DNA of 64,000 bases from Podarcis muralis. Its lineage: Eukaryota. The notes beneath the pieces were generated by a model that was not told where the DNA came from, did not search any database, and worked only from the letters and a program-made list of their open reading frames with translations. The stretch lies in NCBI RefSeq assembly GCF_964188315.1, contig NC_135666.1, forward strand, positions 37,200,001-37,264,000. Direction: 5' to 3'. The first letter of the stretch is position 1, and every line of letters begins with the position of its first letter. The translations under genes and the position numbers were made by a program. Shown one piece after another: positions 40,147-49,009 of this stretch.

Positions 40147-40195
<49 letters not shown>
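40116..40195. repeat. (AT)n-rich tract, left flank of the PLE cluster
   Basis: Visible TA run. Confidence 0.9.
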
Positions 40196-40197
<2 letters not shown>

Positions 40198-40274
40198 TTT
40201 CGTAGATTTTCACGGGTATAGGTATGCAGGTTTTGGTGTCCTCGGGTGTCTTCCCGTGTAAAAGTTGGGGTGTC

Positions 40275-40317
40275 TAGGCGACGTTTCGACGAGGTCTCAC
40301 TCGTCATCTTCAGGCTG
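40275..40317 (-). ncRNA. Minimal type-I hammerhead ribozyme motif, copy A (sense in SKAP2 pre-mRNA)
   Basis: Minus strand reads CAGC CUGAAGA U GACGAG-UGAGAC-CUCGUC GAAA CGUC GCCUA: core, 6-bp stem II, palindromic ACGU stem III, GUC triplet. Stem I is only 2-3 bp. Confidence 0.7.
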
Positions 40318-40370
40318 GTGCTTTCGGCTTCTTGTTACTGGAACAGAGCAGGATCTCAGTGTTTGAGTTC

Positions 40371-41549
40371 CTATAAATACTGTTGAGGGGTGTGGTGTAT
40401 AGCCTCCAATGTTCTGGGCCGAGAGGAAGTTCCCAGGCTAGTGTGCCTTTTCTTCTTTTGTTCCTTAGTTGCTTGAGGGATATCTTGAGTGATTTCTTGA
40501 GTGATATCCTGAGTACCACTTAGGTGGGTCATTAGGTGTGGATTAGTTGCTAAAGCCTTTGTGTCTTGACCTCTTGAACTTTGTGAAGAGTTTTTCTGAG
40601 AAGATGGCTGTAGTTGTGCTCTGGCTTGGCTTCGTGTATAGGGGCGAGCTGTGGTTTTGTGGCCTGTGCCAGCCAGATCTGTGTAGGGATTGCAGGGGGG
40701 TGCAGCATCCGGAGGTGCCACCATGGTTTGGCTACTGGATGGTGTCTGTAATTTATCTGTGGAGAGGGTCTGGGTTTGGGTCTGGTGTGGTTGATTGGTG
40801 ATGGCGTTCTGTGTGCCTCTGGATCTGGTGTCAGTTTTTGTGGGGAGGGCTAATTTCCAGATGTCTGGCAAGCGGGATGTGTCGTCACGCTTGTTCATGT
40901 TGTGAGGGTGTTTCTCTATCTCGATGGCTTCCATGATTATTCTCTTGTGGTGATGTTCCATGTTAGAGAGCAATTTGGAATCTGCAAAATTAATTTCGTG
41001 TCCTGTTTCTTTCATGTGTTGGAAAAGAGAGGAAGTTTTTTCTTCTTTTTTGACGGCATTCTTGTGTTCTGCGATACGTGCATTTATTCGTCTGTTTGTT
41101 TGTCCAATGTACGTGGCTGGGCAGACTTTGCAGGGTATTTCATAGACCCCTTGGTTTTCCAACTGGATTTTATCCTTGGGGTTTCTGAGGATATTGGCTA
41201 TCTTTTGGTTGGCGCAAAAGGCTGTTTTGATATTGTGTTTATGGAGGATTTTGCTAATTTTATCTGTAGTGCCCTTGATATAAGGAAGGAGGGCCATGCC
41301 ATTGTTTTCTTCTGTGTCTTGGTTTTTGGGGGGTGTTTCTTTTTGGATTAGCTTCGTAACCCTGTTTTGCTGGTATCCATTGGCAATTAACACATTTGAG
41401 AGATTCTGTAACTCAGTTGTCAAGTGGTCTTTGTCAGCCAGGCGTTTGGTTCTGGAGATGAGAGTCTTGGCTACGGAGTTTATTTGTGCAGGGTGGTGGT
41501 GTGATTGTGCATGTAAGTAGCGGTTGGTGTGTGTTTTTTTCCGGTAGAT
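40371..41549 (-). CDS. Partial PLE polyprotein (RT C-terminus, GIY-YIG endonuclease, 157-aa low-complexity tail); 5'-truncated, no genuine start
   Basis: Uninterrupted 392 codons; the 350-aa ORF in the track starts at an internal TTG. Confidence 0.85.
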   Translation of the reverse strand: MYRKKTHTNRYLHAQSHHHPAQINSVAKTLISRTKRLADKDHLTTELQNLSNVLIANGYQQNRVTKLIQKETPPKNQDTEENNGMALLPYIKGTTDKISKILHKHNIKTAFCANQKIANILRNPKDKIQLENQGVYEIPCKVCPATYIGQTNRRINARIAEHKNAVKKEEKTSSLFQHMKETGHEINFADSKLLSNMEHHHKRIIMEAIEIEKHPHNMNKRDDTSRLPDIWKLALPTKTDTRSRGTQNAITNQPHQTQTQTLSTDKLQTPSSSQTMVAPPDAAPPCNPYTDLAGTGHKTTARPYTRSQARAQLQPSSQKNSSQSSRGQDTKALATNPHLMTHLSGTQDITQEITQDIPQATKEQKKKRHTSLGTSSRPRTLEAIHHTPQQYL

Positions 41550-42735
41550 AGCAAAACAGGGTTACGAAGCTAATCCAAAAAATACCAGCAAAACAGGGTT
41601 ACGAAGCTAATCCAAAAAGAAACACCCCCCAAAAACCAAGACACAGAAGAAAACAATGGCATGGCCCTCCTTCCTTATATCAAGGGCACTACAGATAAAA
41701 TTAGCAAAATCCTCCATAAACACAATATCAAAACAGCCTTTTGCGCCAACCAAAAGATAGCCAATATCCTCAGAAACCCCAAGGATAAAATCCAGTTGGA
41801 AAACCAAGGGGTCTATGAAATACCCTGCAAAGTCTGCCCAGCCACGTACATTGGACAAACAAACAGACGAATAAATGCACGTATCGCAGAACACAAGAAT
41901 GCCGTCAAAAAAGAAGAAAAAACTTCCTCTCTTTTCCAACACATGAAAGAAACAGGACACGAAATTAATTTTGCAGATTCCAAATTGCTCTCTAACATGG
42001 AACATCACCACAAGAGAATAATCATGGAAGCCATCGAGATAGAGAAACACCCTCACAACATGAACAAGCGTGACGACACATCCCGCTTGCCAGACATCTG
42101 GAAATTAGCCCTCCCCACAAAAACTGACACCAGATCCAGAGGCACACAGAACGCCATCACCAATCAACCACACCAGACCCAAACCCAGACCCTCTCCACA
42201 GATAAATTACAGACACCATCCAGTAGCCAAACCATGATGGCACCTCCGGATGCTGCACCCCCCTGCAATCCCTACACAGATCTGGCTGGCACAGGCCACA
42301 AAACCACAGCTCGCCCCTATACACGAAGCCAAGCCAGAGCACAACTACAGCCATCTTCTCAGAAAAACTCTTCACAAAGTTCAAGAGGTCAAGACACAAA
42401 GGCTTTAGCAACTAATCCACACCTAATGACCCACCTAAGTGGTACTCAGGATATCACTCAAGAAATCACTCAAGATATCCCTCAAGCAACTAAGGAACAA
42501 AAGAAGAAAAGGCACACTAGCCTGGGAACTTCCTCTCGGCCCAGAACATTGGAGGCTATACACCACACCCCTCAACAGTATTTATAGGAACTCAAACACT
42601 GAGATCCTGCTCTGTTCCAGTAACAAGAAGCCGAAAGCACCAGCCTGAAGATGACGAGTGAGACCTCGTCGAAACGTCGCCTAGACACCCCAACTTTTAC
42701 ACGGGAAGACACCCGAGGACACCAAAACCTGCATA
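41550..42735 (+). mobile_element. Penelope-like element copy B (inverted relative to A; 32-bp 5' stutter; lacks last ~27 bp)
   Basis: 41582-42735 is the reverse complement of 40223-41376 (one mismatch, at 40721). ORF 41661..42587. Confidence 0.95.
42641..42683 (+). ncRNA. Minimal hammerhead ribozyme motif, copy B
   Basis: CTGAAGA 42645-51, stem II 42653-70, GAAA 42671-74, predicted cleavage after C42678. Confidence 0.7.
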
Positions 42736-42752
42736 TATATATATATATATAT

Positions 42753-43967
42753 TTGCTTTCGTAGATTTTCACGGGTATAGGTATGCAGGTTTTGGTGTCC
42801 TCGGGTGTCTTCCCGTGTAAAAGTTGGGGTGTCTAGGCGACGTTTCGACGAGGTCTCACTCGTCATCTTCAGGCTGGTGCTTTCGGCTTCTTGTTACTGG
42901 AACAGAGCAGGATCTCAGTGTTTGAGTTCCTATAAATACTGTTGAGGGGTGTGGTGTATAGCCTCCAATGTTCTGGGCCGAGAGGAAGTTCCCAGGCTAG
43001 TGTGCCTTTTCTTCTTTTGTTCCTTAGTTGCTTGAGGGATATCTTGAGTGATTTCTTGAGTGATATCCTGAGTACCACTTAGGTGGGTCATTAGGTGTGG
43101 ATTAGTTGCTAAAGCCTTTGTGTCTTGACCTCTTGAACTTTGTGAAGAGTTTTTCTGAGAAGATGGCTGTAGTTGTGCTCTGGCTTGGCTTCGTGTATAG
43201 GGGCGAGCTGTGGTTTTGTGGCCTGTGCCAGCCAGATCTGTGTAGGGATTGCAGGGGGGTGCAGCATCCGGAGGTGCCATCATGGTTTGGCTACTGGATG
43301 GTGTCTGTAATTTATCTGTGGAGAGGGTCTGGGTTTGGGTCTGGTGTGGTTGATTGGTGATGGCGTTCTGTGTGCCTCTGGATCTGGTGTCAGTTTTTGT
43401 GGGGAGGGCTAATTTCCAGATGTCTGGCAAGCGGGATGTGTCGTCACGCTTGTTCATGTTGTGAGGGTGTTTCTCTATCTCGATGGCTTCCATGATTATT
43501 CTCTTGTGGTGATGTTCCATGTTAGAGAGCAATTTGGAATCTGCAAAATTAATTTCGTGTCCTGTTTCTTTCATGTGTTGGAAAAGAGAGGAAGTTTTTT
43601 CTTCTTTTTTGACGGCATTCTTGTGTTCTGCGATACGTGCATTTATTCGTCTGTTTGTTTGTCCAATGTACGTGGCTGGGCAGACTTTGCAGGGTATTTC
43701 ATAGACCCCTTGGTTTTCCAACTGGATTTTATCCTTGGGGTTTCTGAGGATATTGGCTATCTTTTGGTTGGCGCAAAAGGCTGTTTTGATATTGTGTTTA
43801 TGGAGGATTTTGCTAATTTTATCTGTAGTGCCCTTGATATAAGGAAGGAGGGCCATGCCATTGTTTTCTTCTGTGTCTTGGTTTTTGGGGGGTGTTTCTT
43901 TTTGGATTAGCTTCGTAACCCTGTTTTGCTGGTATTTTTTGGATTAGCTTCGTAACCCTGTTTTGCT
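42753..43967 (-). mobile_element. Penelope-like element copy C (complete 3' end; short 5' end with 32-bp stutter)
   Basis: Direct repeat of copy A at offset 2559 up to 43935, followed by the flipped spacer. ORF 42930..43856. Confidence 0.95.
42834..42876 (-). ncRNA. Minimal hammerhead ribozyme motif, copy C (sense in SKAP2 pre-mRNA)
   Basis: Identical to copy A at +2559. Confidence 0.7.
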
Positions 43968-45146
43968 ATCTACCGGAAAAAAACACACACCAACCGCTAC
44001 TTACATGCACAATCACACCACCACCCTGCACAAATAAACTCCGTAGCCAAGACTCTCATCTCCAGAACCAAACGCCTGGCTGACAAAGACCACTTGACAA
44101 CTGAGTTACAGAATCTCTCAAATGTGTTAATTGCCAATGGATACCAGCAAAACAGGGTTACGAAGCTAATCCAAAAAGAAACACCCCCCAAAAACCAAGA
44201 CACAGAAGAAAACAATGGCATGGCCCTCCTTCCTTATATCAAGGGCACTACAGATAAAATTAGCAAAATCCTCCATAAACACAATATCAAAACAGCCTTT
44301 TGCGCCAACCAAAAGATAGCCAATATCCTCAGAAACCCCAAGGATAAAATCCAGTTGGAAAACCAAGGGGTCTATGAAATACCCTGCAAAGTCTGCCCAG
44401 CCACGTACATTGGACAAACAAACAGACGAATAAATGCACGTATCGCAGAACACAAGAATGCCGTCAAAAAAGAAGAAAAAACTTCCTCTCTTTTCCAACA
44501 CATGAAAGAAACAGGACACGAAATTAATTTTGCAGATTCCAAATTGCTCTCTAACATGGAACATCACCACAAGAGAATAATCATGGAAGCCATCGAGATA
44601 GAGAAACACCCTCACAACATGAACAAGCGTGACGACACATCCCGCTTGCCAGACATCTGGAAATTAGCCCTCCCCACAAAAACTGACACCAGATCCAGAG
44701 GCACACAGAACGCCATCACCAATCAACCACACCAGACCCAAACCCAGACCCTCTCCACAGATAAATTACAGACACCATCCAGTAGCCAAACCATGATGGC
44801 ACCTCCGGATGCTGCACCCCCCTGCAATCCCTACACAGATCTGGCTGGCACAGGCCACAAAACCACAGCTCGCCCCTATACACGAAGCCAAGCCAGAGCA
44901 CAACTACAGCCATCTTCTCAGAAAAACTCTTCACAAAGTTCAAGAGGTCAAGACACAAAGGCTTTAGCAACTAATCCACACCTAATGACCCACCTAAGTG
45001 GTACTCAGGATATCACTCAAGAAATCACTCAAGATATCCCTCAAGCAACTAAGGAACAAAAGAAGAAAAGGCACACTAGCCTGGGAACTTCCTCTCGGCC
45101 CAGAACATTGGAGGCTATACACCACACCCCTCAACAGTATTTATAG
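43968..45146 (+). CDS. Partial PLE polyprotein, copy D (differs from A at one codon, V/M)
   Basis: Uninterrupted 392 codons, IYRKKTHTNRYL...PQQYL*. Confidence 0.85.
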   Translation: MYRKKTHTNRYLHAQSHHHPAQINSVAKTLISRTKRLADKDHLTTELQNLSNVLIANGYQQNRVTKLIQKETPPKNQDTEENNGMALLPYIKGTTDKISKILHKHNIKTAFCANQKIANILRNPKDKIQLENQGVYEIPCKVCPATYIGQTNRRINARIAEHKNAVKKEEKTSSLFQHMKETGHEINFADSKLLSNMEHHHKRIIMEAIEIEKHPHNMNKRDDTSRLPDIWKLALPTKTDTRSRGTQNAITNQPHQTQTQTLSTDKLQTPSSSQTMMAPPDAAPPCNPYTDLAGTGHKTTARPYTRSQARAQLQPSSQKNSSQSSRGQDTKALATNPHLMTHLSGTQDITQEITQDIPQATKEQKKKRHTSLGTSSRPRTLEAIHHTPQQYL

Positions 45147-45199
45147 GAACTCAAACACTGAGATCCTGCTCTGTTCCAGTAACAAGAAGCCGAAAGCAC

Positions 45200-45242
45200 C
45201 AGCCTGAAGATGACGAGTGAGACCTCGTCGAAACGTCGCCTA
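45200..45242 (+). ncRNA. Minimal hammerhead ribozyme motif, copy D
   Basis: Identical to copy B at +2559. Confidence 0.7.
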
Positions 45243-45291
45243 GACACCCCAACTTTTACACGGGAAGACACCCGAGGACACCAAAACCTGC

Positions 45292-45333
<42 letters not shown>
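45292..45333. repeat. (AT)n(AC)n microsatellite, right flank of the PLE cluster
   Basis: Visible run. Confidence 0.9.
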
Positions 45334-45334
<1 letters not shown>

Positions 45335-45624
45335 TTATTATTCATCCAAGAGCAGACCTATTAGATAATAGATATTTAAATATAAGCTGTGAAATGGAAC
45401 AGCAGATAAAAATGGTATATTGGTTGTTCTTATCCAAAAAGATAGTATAATGTTTAATCTATTCATATACATATATATATGAATGAATGTACAAGGTAAG
45501 CGAATCAAGAGTTACTTTTCCTTGAACATGTCAGGAGTTGTTTTATTGAAATGTTAATGTCTTCATAACTGGAACAGTAACAGTTTTTATCAATTTAATT
45601 TCAAGATGACATAGGAAGTCCAAC

Positions 45625-45749
45625 CTGATAAATGCGTTTATCAGGAGCAGCGATTTCAAAACAGCAATCTTTCTTTCCATCCTTCCGAAGGGTATTATTC
45701 ATTCTGACGGTGTAGCCATCTATAGCAAATTCACCTTTCTGTTGTTTGT
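45625..45749 (-). CDS. SKAP2: SKAP2 coding exon (exon 7 equivalent), 125 bp: DKQQKGEFAIDGYTVRMNNTLRKDGKKDCCFEIAAPDKRIYQ
   Basis: Contained in ORF 45601..45789. Diagnostic SKAP2 PH-domain sequence. Acceptor cgacag, weak donor GTTGGA, phase 1-0. Confidence 0.98.
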
Positions 45750-46965
45750 CTGTCGTAGATAAAAAGCAAAGATAGAACTTCATTTGCAACGCTGAACGTG
45801 AATGGCACGGCAGGTTATCATTTATTCAGATTTTGTTTTCCATTTCATGAATATTCGAGAGAATAGGTTAGACGTTATTAGCCGAATGGTTTAGGTGATG
45901 CTATGAGTGATTAAAAAAAAGAAAAACCTCTCCTTTAAAGAGAAAGTACAAACAAAGCACATTTTTATGAAAGCTGCCTACAGAATCCCCCAGGATGATA
46001 CTTACAGATGGTCACATTTAGTGAGAAGTACATGCAATGATTTCTGTACCCAGGGAGAACCAAGAACTGGAACATGGAACTTGCAAGACAAGTGAATCAT
46101 AAATCAGTGTCTCTTTCTGGTTCAGTAGCCACTGGAAAAATCTGTCCAGTGAAGAAGAACTTACTGATCTCCTTGGTACATCTGCCCCACTATTGCATCT
46201 CAAAAAAGAAGAAGTGAACTTCAGAGGCTGTTAACAACATCTGTAAAAGGGGGTTCTTCACCTACTGACCAATGTGGAGGAATCTAAAGGAGCCTGCAAA
46301 ATGCTCAGCTTATTCTGACTTCTTCTGAAACAACCCAAAAGCCAAGGAGCAGCATACACAACCATTTCAAGATAAAGGTACCCTCAGGACAAACAGAAAA
46401 TTGGTTTGGAGACCTCTTTGCATAGCCTTCTTAACATATTAAGCTATGGTCTGGGGAAAAGGGTGAACACTAAACAGGGTTGAAGTATACTGACCACCCT
46501 GCTATTTCGATAAAAGCAAAGCAAGCTAGGAAACTTCTGAGAAAGCTCTCACAAATTTGAATATCTATCAGTATAATGTTCAGGGCCTACACGTGCAAAG
46601 TACACTGGGGAGAAACAAAGAAGCATTGTGCACATTATTCTAAGCCAAACCATGGCTTAGCACAAACATGCAAGCTGCTAACGAGACTGAGGCCACATTG
46701 CACTCCTATGAGGTAAACCAGCCCATGGTTTAGCACATTGTCCAAACCCACCTAAGCTTGCGGTTTGTCCTGCTCTAGAGAAACCATGAGCTCTGGCCAA
46801 CGTTTGTTCTATGGCTTACCATTTGTGGCTTTTCAAACCAAACCATTGCTGAGCTCAGAGCAGCCCTGCAGCAGTAGGACCAAAGAAGGAGCAATGCAGC
46901 AGGGATCTCTCTGGGAAGTCATGGATTGGCTTAGCGCTACAATACTAACCAGGTCAATGAGTGAA

Positions 46966-47385
46966 CCAGTACGTTTCCGAGCACAATTCAAAGTGTTGGT
47001 GCTGACCTTTAAACCCCTAAACGGCCTCAGCCTAGTATACCTGAAGGAGCGTCTCCACCCTCATCGTTCAGCCCGGACACTGAGGTCCAGCTCCGAGGGC
47101 CTTCTGAAGGTTCCCTCACTGTGAGAAGCAAAGTTACAGGGACCCAGGCAGAGGGCCTTCTCGGTAGTGGCACCCGCCCTGTGGAACGCCCTCCCATCAG
47201 ATGTCAAAGAAATAAACAACTATACGACATTTAGAAGACATCTGAAGGCAGCCCTGTTTATGGAAGTTTTTAATGGCTGATGTTTTAATGTATTTTTAAT
47301 CTTTTGTTGGAAGCCACCCAGAGTGGCTGGGGAAACCCAGCCAGATGGGCGGGGTAGAAATTAATAATAATAATAATAATAATAA
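46966..47385 (+). mobile_element. L2 LINE 3' fragment with (TAA)n tail
   Basis: VRFRAQFKVLVLTFKPLNGL..YLKERL...; same 3' UTR as 21999-22663 in the opposite orientation. Confidence 0.92.
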
Positions 47386-48626
47386 CCAATATACATAAGC
47401 TAACTGTCCTGCATTTTGCAACAACACCATGCAAACCATTCCTGGGTCTAAATAATCAAAAGCAAAACATTTTAACATGCATCAGGAAATAAATAATCTC
47501 CATTAAACTTGTGGCATGCCCATGTTGTACTAGCTCCAATTGACTAGAGGAATAGTTAGAACTGTTCTTTTGCTGTAATTCACCAGCAAGTTTCCATGAG
47601 ACCTAATGCCTGGTGCCAAATCCTCAATATCCCCCTTTTCTTTAAAATCAGCACATTTCTAGACCTCTTATGAGGGTTCTGATCATACCTTTGAAAATGT
47701 GCAAAGTCTTACAAAGCTCCCAATTGCCACTCATTCACGCATATTCTGCAAATGCTCGTATATCTATTTCAGAATAAAACCGCAAAATGGTCAGTGATAT
47801 AGGCGAAAGAGTGCCTATATTCTTGACTTGAATAATTTGCGTTGAGCATAGAATCCAAAGTCTGTTAGTGGAGATTATTATCAGCCTAAGGCGTAACTGA
47901 ACTAGTAAAGTGTACAGATTGAAGAAGTAGCAAATGTGGCACCGCAGGTCTGTATCAGGGAGGATTACAGATTATATCTCAGACTAAGGAGGCAGGGAGA
48001 GAATTTTGCTGCCTAAGAGGTGAATGGATATACAGGACAGCTCTTCACAATAGAGGAAGGCCGAAGAGTTGACCATTCCATTTCTAGAAATGATAACCTG
48101 GGATGCCATTAATATAACGTGAGAAAGTAAACCAGAGCCTGCTATATATATCTCCTCTTGCAAGAACTAAGAATCATTTAACAAAATAGGAAGCATTTTT
48201 TTAAAAAGTTGTCAATAGGGTTTTTTCCACACAATCAAAACCATGTTGTGTGTAGCCAGGGGATGTCACTAGGGTAAACCGCATAGCTAAATTCAAAGTA
48301 AACTAAACACAAAGAGGGTTAGATAAAGTCATGAGTGACAGGGTCACCAGTGGCTACCAGACTGGATGGCTAAGGAATACAAACATGCTCAGAGTCACCC
48401 CAAATACCTACAAGTACAAGAAGCTGGAAGGAATGAGGGAAGTTGCCCTGAGACTTCTCTTACATTTCCTCAGACGTAAATGGTGCTGCCTACTACCAGA
48501 AACAGCTGTTTTGTCCTTAAGGTAAGAGCATCTACTGGCAAGCATCCGATAGAGCTAAGCTTGATTTACTGGCAACGGTATTCACATACAAAGCATGCTC
48601 AGTCTTCTTACAGAAGTTCATTGATA

Positions 48627-49009
48627 GGTAAAAAGGTAAAGGACCCCTGGACGGTTAAGTCCAGTCAAAGGTGACAATGGGGTTGTTGTACTGATCTCGC
48701 TTTTAGGCTGAGGGAGCTGATGTTTGTCCACAGACAGCTTTCCGGTATTGTAGCCAGCATGACTAAACCGCTTCTGGCGCAACGGAACACCAAAATGGAA
48801 CCAGAGCGCACGGAAACACTGTTTACCTTCCCACCACAATGGTACCTCTTTATCTACTTGCACTGGTATGCTTTCGAACTGCTAGGTTGGCAGGAGCTGG
48901 GACAGAGCAGCAGGAGTTCACCCCATTGCAGGGATTCGAACTGCCGACCTTCTGATCGGCAAGCCCAAGAGGCTCAGTGGTTTAGACCACAGCGCCACCC
49001 ACGTCCCTA
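48627..49009 (-). mobile_element. Full-length Sauria SINE with 13-bp TSD
   Basis: TSD aagttcattgata at 48614-26 and 49010-22. Confidence 0.95.

Larger units (their letters stand above)
40196..41549 (-). mobile_element. Penelope-like element copy A (5'-truncated, complete 3' end), Penelope/Poseidon-type
   Basis: Encodes RT C-terminal YRKKTHTNRYLH...SHHHP and GIY-YIG GVYEIPCKVCPATYIGQT.R....R..EH. No cysteine-rich linker between RT and EN. 3' end abuts (AT)n. Confidence 0.95.
43968..45294 (+). mobile_element. Penelope-like element copy D (long 5' end; lacks last ~27 bp)
   Basis: Reverse complement of copy A 40223-41549. ORF 44094..45146 stays open back to 43968. Ends in (AT)n(AC)n. Confidence 0.95.

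Noticed and set aside
40902-44615. Four identical 149-aa ORFs (MRVFLYLDGF...) plus repeated 84-, 74-, 69- and 61-aa ORFs
   Set aside because: Antisense or off-frame shadows of the PLE ORF, repeated because the DNA is repeated; no independent coding signal.
40371-45146. GIY-YIG nuclease as a bacterial UvrC or homing endonuclease transfer
   Set aside because: It is fused in frame to a PLE RT C-terminus and followed by a PLE-type hammerhead end, so it is an ordinary eukaryotic retroelement domain.
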